Positions 12,470 to 24,400 of a stretch of 64,000 nucleotides of DNA are shown here, piece by piece. This DNA is from Raillietiella orientalis (Eukaryota), in contig JAYWIR010000029.1 in assembly GCA_036172245.1 (NCBI GenBank), positions 2,852,001-2,916,000 of the forward strand, given 5' to 3'. Each line of letters begins with the position of its first letter. The first letter of the stretch is position 1. The translations under genes and the position numbers were made by a program. The notes beneath the pieces are model-generated. The model was not told where the DNA came from. It did no database searches and saw only the letters and a program-made list of their open reading frames with translations.

Positions 12470-13242
12470 GGCAGCAGGACCGAGTTTTTTAAAAAGTTAG
12501 TAGAGACCTCAAGGGGAGATCGTTACTGTTGTCCTAGGATGATGGTAATCCTTTTGGGCTCTTTTAGATCTTCGCTAATTTCCTTCCCGCTTTTCTTTTT
12601 TTTTTCGGGTTTCCTCTTTTCCTTTTGGTTCGCCAAGTGCTGAAGAAACACTCGCCTCCTTGCGGAGGACTCGTGAAGCTCTTTGACGTTGCCCACGCCA
12701 CTCTGGGTGCGTAGAACTCCTCTTCAAGTTATAAGGGGTACCCCGGAAGGGATGACCACCCTGTGAATCCAGAAAAGACCCTCCCTTACGCTTGAGGGGA
12801 ACCCCGAAAGGACCCTCTTATTTATTCTCTCTGGAGAAACCCTGGAAAGGATCCTCTCTGGAATTTCTTTTCCAGAGGAACCCCCCGGAAAGGATTCGCT
12901 CCTTGCATCCTCCTCTGAATAGAACTCTGAAGAGACGCTTCCCAGTTTTCTCTGGAGAGTCGCTCCCGAAGAGAGCAGCGCACTTCTTCACACTCTGGAG
13001 AGGCATCAATCCACCAGCTCCATGGTACGAAATAGAGGGTCCCCCCCCCGCGAGGGTCGAGGGACGACTCCATTTGCACAACCGGTGGAAAATCCCGAAA
13101 GACGCTTCTTGGTTCGTGGAAGGACCCCGGATCCCATCCAGTCGACGGGGCATCCAAGGGTTTCCGGCTTCCACTAGTGCCGCACCCAGAGTCAACCGAG
13201 GCCAACCAGAGTCATGCTGCCGGAGGAGGGACTCAAAACCTG
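12470..13242 (-). mobile_element. LTR-like dispersed repeat, copy D (5'-truncated)
   Basis: The reverse complement carries GGTTTTGAGTCCCC, CCATGGAGCTGGTGGATTGATGCCTCTCCAGAGTG, CTGGATTCACAGGGTGGTCATCCCT, TATAA (12729-12733) and GAGTCCTCCGCAAG, matching copy A. Confidence 0.75.
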
Positions 13243-15494
13243 TAAGGGATATTGGGGGTGCTGTCTTGAACTTGCTCTGCAAACTCGCGTGGACCCCATC
13301 CGCGCTGTCTCCGCAAGCGTTTTCCCAAAGTTTACCAACGTCTTCCAGTGCTTCTTCCAGGAAAGTTAGGGACCTTGTAGCTTCCCGCTCGTGACCTTTG
13401 TTGGCAGGCGCTCTGTTGATCCGACTCCGTCCTTAGGAATATCCCGAAACTGAGTCGAAGAAGGGAGGGAGTTTGGCGACAGAACGCTCCAGACGTCGCT
13501 TGATTCCAGCTCCCCAGCAGCGGAAATGGCTTTGGGAGAAACTGGCCGAACGGACCTCGGGCCCGTGGTCGTGGCAGAGCTTCGAGGGCTCTCTGCTCAC
13601 TTGGGGGCATCCCTTCAAAGAGGTGCTCCTGAGGAAAGAAAGATGTCCTCCTGCATTCTCTGCTGAGGACTGGGATGAATCTGTAGAGCAGCATGCGCGG
13701 GTTTGGTCTCTCGAGCCAGCTACTGCTGTCTCCAAGAGAAGAAGAAGATGCAGGAGAAATCCGTGGATGGGAAAATCAGCCTGGAAACACCGTGATACAG
13801 TGAGGTGTCTTGCTCGTCTCTTGTCGGAACATCTGCAGTGTTCTCTTGCGGCCCGGGCGGGAGAGACAGAGATGCTGACGATTCCCCTCGTCAGCAGGAT
13901 GGGCGCCGCGTTCAATTCAGGCGATCTGCATCCCGGGTAGCCGAGACCCCTCCTATTAACATCAAGGAGCAAGGCAACGTGAGGTCCGTCCCACAGCATC
14001 ATCAGCAGAAAAAAGTTAGGAACTTTCAGCGTTTTATAAATATACATATACATACCGAGATGACTCCTTTTTGCCGCGACCTGTTTGTAACCGCCGGCGA
14101 TAGCTTGCTGGGGGACATATGCGTTTGCTCCCGTGGACCAAGAGACAGAAACCATGGGCGTTCGCTTGCTGCCAGCAGCTCCGTCTCGCCGATTGCGCTC
14201 GCTCGAAGGATTCGCCGCTTCGCCGTCGCCGGAAGTACCGTCTGGAAAGTGGCTCTCCGTTCGCTTCCGGGAAGCGGGACCGGATGCGCTCCGTGCAGTA
14301 AGCCAGCAATGGCGTCCCGAGATCCGAGCCACACGTGCGGTGGCTCTCCTCTCCCCGACGAACCGTCTCCCCTGGGCGGTCAGAGGGATCTTTCTGCGTA
14401 GATAGCCGGCGGATGTGACCACGGTGAGAGGGTGTACTGTTTTCTCATTCTCCTTTTTCCGACTCGTTCAGCGAGTTTTTTTTTTTTTTGTTCCTGTTCT
14501 TCTGCTTCACGGGCAGTCAGCTGCATTCCGAGAATCGTTTTAATATGCTGCAAGGTGCGGACGGAAGGCAAGAAAAACTCATTAAGAGAGGAAGAGATCG
14601 AACCAGTATGTATGCTGATCGGTGAACGTGATGGAACTTCTTGCGATATCGAGCTCGAAATGCCATGAAACTGACCTGTCCCTTGGACACTTGTGTTTTC
14701 CCACCCCCCTCCCCCTACTCGTACTCCTCTCGTGATCGTCAAGTCTCGGGTAGGATGAACCCTCCTTTCGGAGTAGTGCTGTGCGCTCACCAAGGAGAAA
14801 CACGGTGGTGCTTCATGGTGCCCGTGCGCGCGCGCCAGAGGCGCGCGAGTGCAAAGTGCGTGAACACCAAGTGTGCGGGGCGGTCGTGAAGGAGCCTCCG
14901 TCCACCGGTCCCGTGAGGTGTTTGGCGGAAAGGGAAAACCCGACCCCTCGGGTTCACGGGGCGAGGGGCTGACGTGATTCGCGGCATCCCGTATCCCGAG
15001 GGATAGCTTGCTGTCAGCCGATAGGGGAAGGTGGGCGCCAGCGGGTGGGACGTCCGCTGACTCGAGGGAACGCGTTCTCCAGGATACCGCCACCAGGCGG
15101 AAACTCTGCGCTTCCATGATGCCGGATGCTGCTTGGGGGGGATGGGAGGGGTGGCAAATTGTCGTAACCGCAAAATCCTTCATTGAATGATCCAGTTTTC
15201 TCTCTCTCACCTCAAAGCTAATTTGTACTTCCTCCCGTAAGCCAGCCCTGCCCACCCATAGGAAGCCGATGTAAAATCTTTCCCAGCATTGGAAATGACT
15301 TATTAGACCTTCCCAACAATGGTCACAGGGTCAGAGTTGACGAGATGCAGCTAGACTTGCACATACTGTAGCGCGCTAAGCTCCAGAGCGATAAAGTGGA
15401 AGATAAGAGACGCCATATTTAAATGGGAAAATCGATAAGAAAGATGAGGAGGCTTGATGAATCGCCGTCGTCGCGGAACCCTTGTTTGGCAAAC

Positions 15495-18400
15495 ATGGTG
15501 AAGATCGTTGCCATGTTCTTGGTGAAAATGCTCGTGGTGATCGGTGCAGCAGACGCATTCGTGCTGAATGTTTTCCACATCAATGACTTTCATGCACGGT
15601 TTGAGCCCTACGAAGACGTGTACGCCCCCCTCAGTTATCCTGCCCGTTTCGGCGGGCTCCCAAGGATGGTGCAGAAGTTCAAGGAACTCAGGAGGCAATA
15701 CGTAAACGCCGTGTTTCTCGGAGCAGGAGATTTTTACACCGGGACAGCATGGTTCTCCTTGTTTAACTGGACCATAATGGCGGAACTTTTGCCCTATTTG
15801 GAACTTGATGCAATAGTAAGTAACATTAACTCTACGAATCTCTTGTGGGTCCAGCCACCACCTCTCCCTGACGGCGGTATCGCGCACGCTCGAAAGTGCT
15901 CGCCAGGTTCCACGGTTACACCCGCAGTCAAGGCGCTTTCCTGCCCGGGAATCTGCGGCTTTGGCTTCGGGTCGTGGGAAACCTAGGTCACTCCGAACAG
16001 GTGAAGGGCAGTTGAGCCAGGGTTTGGTCTGCCGGAGGTGCCTCTAGGCGCCGCGGTGAGTCGCCCCGTAATACATCATGGAAGAGCCCTCTTGCTCTTT
16101 GACGTTCGCACGTCGTTGCGTTCGTGAGCTGCAGGCTCCACTGAAGAGGTTAGCGGTCCTTTGTAGAAATTCTATCCATCGACTCCCACCCACCCACCCA
16201 CACACACACAAACAAACAAAAACAAAAGTGCATGTCGAACATAGATGGGGGGAAATAGGAAATCGTAAGGACATGAGTTGTCTCGTTATCAGTAGATGTT
16301 CCGCGCTTTTGGTACTTAACCCGGCAGGTTAACATACTCTCGTCTGCTCTTTGTTCTTTCTCTGCGTTAAATTTTCCCGTTGTTTTCCAGAGTCTTGGCA
16401 ACCATGAATTCGATAACGGCGTCGACGGCCTGGTTCCACTAATACAGAGAGTGAAATTCCCCGTTCTTGCTTGCAACATGAATGCCTCTGCGGCTCCAGT
16501 GCTCCAGAACCTAACTGCCCCCTTCACAGTCCTGACGATCGGAGGAGAAAGGATTGGCATCATAGGATACCTGACTCCGGCAACCAAGGTCGATTTCGAA
16601 GCACGCGATGCCGTTTGTGAAGTGTTGGTTGAGTGGATCGCAGTCTCACCGCTGTAAGGAAACAGCAACAACAACCCGTTGTTGCTGGCAGGCAGCGTGG
16701 TCAGAGAAAAAGATCTTCAGCACTTCCTTCCCGGGTGTGTGTGGATGCTGACCTTGTGTTTGTCCGTCGCAAGTTTGCAGGCGTTTCTTAATCGAGAGAT
16801 GGCATCTCTGCAGAACGAATCGAAGATGTGCAAACGGCCAGATCGCGACCGACGATGGTGATAAGCAGTTGCGCCGACTTTTCGGGCAAAGAGGTCCAGC
16901 GCATCTTTGCCGAAGAGTTGCAGTGAACTGCCGGGACGGGGGGCTGTGCTTGTTACTGTGCACCGCATCCTCTTTCTTATCGAGCCACGAAAAAAAATAA
17001 TAATAATAAAAGGCGGAATTCCGGAAATGGCCCACGGGAGGGCGTGATCCATGCGAAAACTCCGCTTTCCGACCAAGGCGTGGCGACCGGCACGTGCATG
17101 CACCCGTCGGAACGAATCGGCGAGGAGGCCCGCGCGCGCGCATCGCCTGGTTGCGTGTGACCGCCCGCCCTCGCTCGCGCGTCTCGCCCGCCCGGCAAAG
17201 CGAAGCCACCAAACAGCTCGGTCCAGCCGTGCCTTCCTTTCTCGCATCGCCCCGACTGGCAGGGATCATGAAGGCGTGCAGAGCGGAGGCAGCGCCTCTC
17301 TCGCCCGACCCGCCCGTCCTGGTTTCGCGAAACCAGGAAAGGAAGGCTGGGGACGCGACGGGAGGAGCGAGCGACCTGGTCGACGAGGACGGGAAGCGGG
17401 CAAGCTTCCACCACCTGAACGGAAGCAGAAAGGACGCTCCGCTCCGTGCGAAGAGTGCCGTCCGTCCTTCGCGGGTCGAACTTTGGCGCGGTCTGGTGTT
17501 TTTTCTTTTTGTGTGTATGTGGTCGTGGCAACCACCTGACGAGAAGATCGCCTCCAAAGATTCATCAGCTACTCGCATACTCCAGGTTTCGTCAGAACCG
17601 GCGTTCGGTCTGCACGCGTCGTCACGACGACAGGAGGAGGAGAGCCAGAGATCGAAAACAGTAGAGAGGCAGAGTTGCATCTCAGCCTTTTGGCTAAGAT
17701 CAAAGTGTAGAGAGGCAGGTGTGGCAAAAAAAAAAAAAAAAAAGAAGAGGAAGAGAAACTTCAGCGGCGACGTGACCACCATTTCCCCTCGTTGCGACGA
17801 ATCCACTGGAGAAACCCCCACGGCTTCGAAACTTCCGGGGCATCCCACGCTGCGGTGTTCTCCGCACGAGGAACGTGGGACGCCGGATCACCACCGATCG
17901 TCGACTTGTGTCCAGGTGCAGCCCTGGCTCTAGGCAAGGGTACGCAAAGGTAAACTCAGGAGAGGCGGGAGAGGCCGTGGGTGCTGCGAAACTTGGCAGC
18001 CGGGTGCTGTGGGCTCCTATCGAGAACCGAGCGTGGACCCTCTCACGGGAAGGGAAGGAACCGAAGGGCCAGGTGAAAGGGGCCGTGGGGCGGCTGAAAC
18101 GCATGGCCATCTCCAGAGGCAGCTTAGCGCGATCCCGCAGGTCCCGGGAAGGCTGGACGAGTCCGCACCCACGGAACATGTCGAGGCGCTCAGGCGGCCT
18201 CGGTGAACGTCTGGTTTCCTCTGGTTCGATTCGCTGCAGGAGGAGAGTAGGTCCCGGCCAACTCCCTCCTTGGGAAGGGGATGCACTGGGCAGCTGCTGA
18301 GAGCGCTCCCAAGCGCAGGCGAGCACATCGAACGACCTTCAAAGGCGGAAGGCTGGCAGGGATGGTCAGCAGACCCTCCATGTTCCCGGAAACTCACGAA

Positions 18401-21400
18401 GGTTTGAACTACCGTGGGCCCCATCCAACTTCCAGTACTGGCTGCTCGAAGGCTACCCCTCCTTTCCTCTCATTGCCCTTGGGCGGCTTCCATGAGCTGA
18501 CCGGCCGGGTGTTCGTGCTTCCTGGGAGGCAAAAGGTGGGCATCCCGGGCGATTCCCTAAGTGCTTCAAATCACTCGGGTCCGTCGGGAACGCCTCCCGC
18601 TGCAGGATTTTATTTGCTCTTGTATTTTGCAAATGACGCGTCAAAAGTGCGGTCTTACGAAGGCTTTGCATTTCGGCTGGTCTCACCTGCCCCCCCTCCC
18701 AGCATGTGCCTTCAGAAAGCCTTCCCGCATGCTGCAGCACACTCCATTCCCTTCCCGATGAGCTCCGTCCGTCGCTGAGGGATCCTCGGTTCTCTTGGGA
18801 CAACCTCGTCGTTCGCAGGATCCCACAGCCTCGGCGATGCTTTGGAGATCTCCCTGATGAATGCTGGTGCTTTTTTGTTTACACAGGGGGGTGTCAGTCT
18901 TCTGCCCTTGCTCTCCTGCCTCTATTCGCTCCTTCTCTTTTGCTCAGGCTGGCATTTTCAGCGTCTGCTATCGCTTTTTCCGTCACCACGGAGCATCAAA
19001 TGCGGTCGCATCTTTTGGGATGGGTTGGCTGGAGGCAAGGATCGTTGCCAGTTGTACGGCAATTGGATGTGCTGCATGTGAATTTTCAAGTTGGCCAATA
19101 TAATGAAGGCAGCAGTAAATTTCCTGAGGTGGTCGAATATTACCATTGGCATCCAGGACGTTAGTTGTGGTGTCGTGTGAAGTGCGCACTTCTCTCCTGG
19201 TGGAAAGTGCGTAGCAGAGGTGTAGAGTCAGATGGCTCCCAAGTCCGGAAGTGGAAAGGCAGTAGAGAAGGCTGAAAAAGCCCAGAAGAACATTACGAAA
19301 GGAGAAAAGAACAAAAAGCGAAAGAGTAAGGAAAGTTACGCGATCTCCATCCACAAAGTGTTGAAGCAAGTGCATCCGGACACGGGCATCCAGAGCAAGG
19401 CTACGTTGATCATGAACAGCTTCACGAACGACATATTCGAGCGCATCGCTGCAGAAGTGTCCCTCTTGTCGCATTACAAGAAGAGCACGACGATCACTAG
19501 CCGGGAGGTGTAGACGGCAGTGCGCCTACTGCTACCGGGGGAATTGGCCAAGCACGCCGTTCCGGAAGGCACGGAGGCGGTGACCAAGTGTGCTAGCTCG
19601 AAATAGCACCGTGCAATGGTTTTCGCCCGATCGCCTTGCCCGGCCAAACCAACCAGAAGGACCCAACATTTCCAAGACTTACGAATCGCAGACAAGGACG
19701 GACGGACGGGTACCCTTGCATCAGGACCTCGAAACAAAATGATTCCGTCCTGCGATGCAGGGAGCCACAGGGATAAGGAAAAGCGGGAGAGAAAATCAGC
19801 AATGAAAAGCGCTACGTGTTCAGAAGCCTCCAAGGAACGGAGTTCTCCCCGTCTTCTGTTGAAGTTCCTGGCTGCTAGAGAAGAGCAGAAGTGAGGATTG
19901 CTTGCCCGAAGACTGGAGTCTCGAGACAAGTGGAATGCAAACCAAGGAGTGCGTAGCAGAGGACCAACACCTTCAGGCGAACATCAGCAAAGATGAGGAG
20001 ATGGTTTGGGGTACCTGAAAATGCCAAAGATCGACTACATCGAAAGAGTCACAACGCCCTCCGGGAATGTGTTCGAAGAGATGGTTTGATGCCCGCATCA
20101 GAGGCCGTGTGAGGCCTCCGCGCATGGTACCATGCGTCGCGGGTTCGAAGGGAATCGACGAAGACGCAGTGTGTCGTGGGTTTCGACTTCATCCCGCAAG
20201 ATGACACTGATTGTCCTCTATTCATTCGGATGCAGCACTGGCAGCGGTTTAAACCTGATGCTTATGAGAACGAGTGGCCGGCACAACCTCCAGGTCCTTC
20301 CAGGAATCAAGGAGTGGGAGTTCCTCCCCTCTGGTTGTGCAAAGGAGAGCGGTCCTCCCAGTGTGGGGGACCCCTTTGGTTCGTTCAGATGGAGTAGGTG
20401 TGTAGCCGCCTCCCCAGATGTTGAAGGAGCGGACCTCTCATTCTGGGGGTCCCTCCGCGTCGTACTGATGGAGCAGGCGTGTCGCCACCTCTCCAGAGAG
20501 TGCAGAGAAGCGAGCCGATCCCTTCGGGGAAGCAGCGCCCTTCTGAATTTTGGGAGCGTCCCTTCGGGTTCTCTTCAGAAGAGCAAACAGTAGCGGATCC
20601 CGGGGAGTCTCTCCGGAAAATAAATTCCTACTAGACGATCCTTTTCGGGTTCTCTTCGGAGAAGAAAACATGGAGCAGTCCCCCGGGGGTTCCTCCGTAG
20701 AGAATAAGGAAAGGAAATTCCTTCCGAAGAACAAACAAGTCCATCACGTGGTTTAGTCGCTTTCTTTTTACTGCTGCTGCCGTTCCAGTTGCAATAGATT
20801 AGCTCAATAGTGGGGCGAAGGATTCCATGCCACTTTATCAACGAAGAAAATTATGGATCTGATGGACCGCTCCATATCCATCATGGACCCAGATGACGAT
20901 GGAAAGAGAATAGGAAAAAAGTAGTCTCGCCGGCTGAAAGGTCGTAATCCGCAGAAAGGGATTTTCCTTTTTTTTCTGGAATCCATTGACCTCATTTGAG
21001 GATCGTTGCTGCCAACGAAACTTCCTTCTCAAGCAAGAGTCATGCGCGTGAGCAAACCAACAACCTGCAGGTGAGTAAGCTGCTGTGCAAATGAATCCGT
21101 GCACGGAAGAGTATGAGCAACCAACACTCAGACATCTTATCGAGATCGAACGCATCTCGTTCCCTCCCAGCTTTTGGAGTGGAACAGATGCTTAAATTGG
21201 TCTCGTGAAACCTTCGTCTTGATTGGTGTTGAAGCTTGAGTCTGTCTCGACCCAAGCCTCAGCATCACGGGCGAATGATTTGTGAAGCTTCCGAAAATTG
21301 GAATCGGTAATTCAGATTTAGAGAAGCTGCTCAGAATTTTCCAGCTTCCTATTTTTTTCTTGTTCCTGGGTAGCGCGTGCCTCTTGGGATTCCGAGCCCA

Positions 21401-24400
21401 TTTCCCTCATCACGTGTCTTTGTAGGCAAAAAAAAGAAAGAAAAAATGCACAGCCGAGGCTCAGAAGTACGAGTAACCCTGATTGGCGTGCCCTCAAGTA
21501 ACTCATGTTGATTCAGGAGGATGAACCTTCCTCTCATTAATTGACACATCTGCAAAATTCATGCTCGATTGCTTTGTGTGGTGGGTATTGGTCGAAATTC
21601 CTGTTTGAGCGACGACATTAATTGGGGCATTCCCCCTCGCGGTGCCGAAAGAGCGAAGCGATTTCGCGGGAGCGCGTGCGATCGAGGCAGGCGGGTTACC
21701 GCTCGAAAGAGGGAACCGGGGATTTGCGAGAAAATTCGAAACCTCAGCTTCCTCGGCTGTGTCCTCCACTGAAGGGAATTCCAGGGGATTCGTGTTCCAG
21801 TGAAGCATCCTTTTTGTTACAGGAGTTCTCGAACGCAGGCAACGTCACTTTCACTGACGAGATACCAGCACTGGAGAGGGGAGTCAGGAACTTGCAATCT
21901 CTTGGAGTTTACAAGATTATTGCCTTGGGTCACTCCGGAGTGGACGTTGATGAAAAGATAGCTAAAAGTGTCAAAGGAATCAGCGCTGTCGTGGGAGGGC
22001 ATTCACATAGCTTCTTCTTCACAGGTAAGGCCCTCAGCCACCAGTGGTGGTGAACAAACACCCTTCAATCATCGCGCACGATCCTCACGGAAGGATCGCG
22101 AGCGGTTTGCTCAAACGGGCTCACGGAATGGAACAGGTCGCCTTGCCTCTCGTGAGAGGCGGGTGGCAATGAGATGGTCATACTCACGGTTCTCGTGGCC
22201 ATAAATCGTTCTTCATCGGCGAGAGAGGTGCGCGCAGCGCCCGAGGGAAGGAGTTTTTCCTGTGGTGTTTCCAGAAGAACGGGCCACTCGGTCTGAGCAT
22301 TTTGCGCACTTGGGAAGAGGAAGGGGTTCTGATTTGCTTCCTGGCCGTCTCGAAAAAGGCGGAGATCCTTTTGTTTCTTCGGGAGGGAAACGCTCCTGCT
22401 GAAGTGATTGCCTTTGACTGCCCAAGACTGGAGACTCTCGTTAACGATGTTTTCTCGCCACACCTGACAGCAACGAGAAATTAATTACACATAACTTCAT
22501 TGTCTGTCATCCTAAGGATCAATAATTTTCCTGCTTTTTGAGTACACACGTCCCCCATCCCCCCCATTTTCGTCGGTGTCTTCCCTTACGTTGCAATCGG
22601 AAAAGAAATCCTCTCTTCTTTCCGTCTTCCGTTTTTGTTCGTTGACGCCGGCTGCACGCTCATTCGTCGGGTGCTCCATTAGATCGAGCATTTCACGGAC
22701 CATGCCAGAGGGCTCCAGGTACATCTCGATACCTGCATGGACCTAGCTAATCTCCTCCTTACCGTTTCTTCTTGTTTTCTGCATTTTTTCGCTTGTGGAT
22801 CATCGGGATGAGGATGCTCCACCGAAAGCGAGGTGAAGTGGACCTTCTGGAAATGTGGGGAATACGAACTGACAGGAAGTTCTTGTTGATGCTGCTCACG
22901 CGTTCTCGGTTGCCGGGTGACACAGCATCGTCATTTCTTTGACGCCCAGCTCGAGAGTTTTTCATCAGGAACAGAACAGTCAGAAGGTGAAAGAATGTCG
23001 GTGGGTATGGAGACGCGCATAAGGTGTGGTCCAAGGCACACAAGGTGTAACCAAGGGTTTTGAATTGTTCAGTTCGTGTATAACGGTGACAACCTCTTGC
23101 CAGCTAGACTGCACTCAACACACTCTGCTTACAGAAAAAAATGATCCCCCTAAAAAAATGCGGACCGCCACTTCGTCAGTTTCGTTTTTTTCTTGCGCTA
23201 AGGCATGCTGCCAATCGTCGCCCATCAGAATCCCGAAAGATCATAAAAAATAAATATACATGTCTATTACACACATTAATATATATATAGTTTTATATGC
23301 AAATTTATGTTAACACACATAGTCGTTAATATTTATTTACATACATATTATTTAATATTGTAAATAAGTTGGTTATTTTATATATTGATACATATGGATA
23401 GATTAACACATACATTAATAAATAGGTTTTGAACCAAACCCACTGCCAACACAGCAGAGGATGTGCTGTGGATCGGTTCTCGTGTTTCCTGACATAATAT
23501 GAATGAGGAAGCTTTTCCGTCCTTGAAAAGTGGTTGTGTATTCGAAAGAGGGAAAGATACGTTCCTATTAGTGCCCTGAGGAATAGTTTATTGGAGATTC
23601 CCCTTTTTCAGAAGTCATGATTTGCGTATTCTTCGTGCGCACGGACCTACTCGAGGCGGGCTGCTCTAATCCTCCCATGCTCACAATCCCACAACCATTT
23701 TCCTCGTTTCCCTGCACAGAGATCGCTTCCCTCTCCAGAATGCGTACAGTCTGAAGGCAGAATGATGCATTCATCTGGATTCAGGCTTCTGGCTCATAAT
23801 TGTGAAACAAATCGTGCGTATTTGATACAGTGAGCACTCTGTAGCTATTAACACCTCTGGCTAAAAAAGACCAAAGTTCTGTATGTTGGGTGGAAGAAAC
23901 AGCTTTATCTCACCCCCTGTGGTATCATCTGTGCAAAGAATCCCGTAGCAAGGATTTATTTTTCTATTGCGTCCTTTGGCAGTTTTATGGATAGCATGGA
24001 AATCGGGATTTTGATATAACCTGGATCCCCCTGTTGATGCTAATTTACCGAGTTTTGACGAGGTTTTTAACCAGCTACTCCTACAACTACAGCGCTTTCA
24101 TCCAGCAACTTCAAGTTCCCTCCCAACTGGGACCAGGTCGCAAGTTTCTGGAAACCTGCACCTCATAACGCACCTTCAAACATTAATCGCTTATCTTTCT
24201 CCGTCTTCTTCAGTTGATCCTCAAAAATCTCGTGCACCCTATTTATTCATCCAGCAGCAGAGATGGCCGTTTCACTCTCGCGGTCCGTAACCAGCCGTCG
24301 ATGAGGCCGATTCTCAAATGGGTCACGGTTCTGAAAAGTGGAACTGAAACTGCTTAGGAGTTTCGAAACCAAGAAGAAGAAAAATTCCTCATACACATCT

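Noticed and set aside
11760..13242. Copies C and D as the paired LTRs of one TRIM element
   Set aside because: They are clearly diverged from each other, both are 5'-truncated, and no PBS/PPT is visible between them.
16646..18800. 400-aa and other long ORFs in nucleotidase intron 2
   Set aside because: GC-rich intronic sequence including a poly-A run, with no family motifs.
19511..19513. TAG recoded as Gln in H2B (alternative genetic code or readthrough)
   Set aside because: TAG terminates SRD5A3 and the H2B frame itself, and the many other damaging substitutions indicate a pseudogene.
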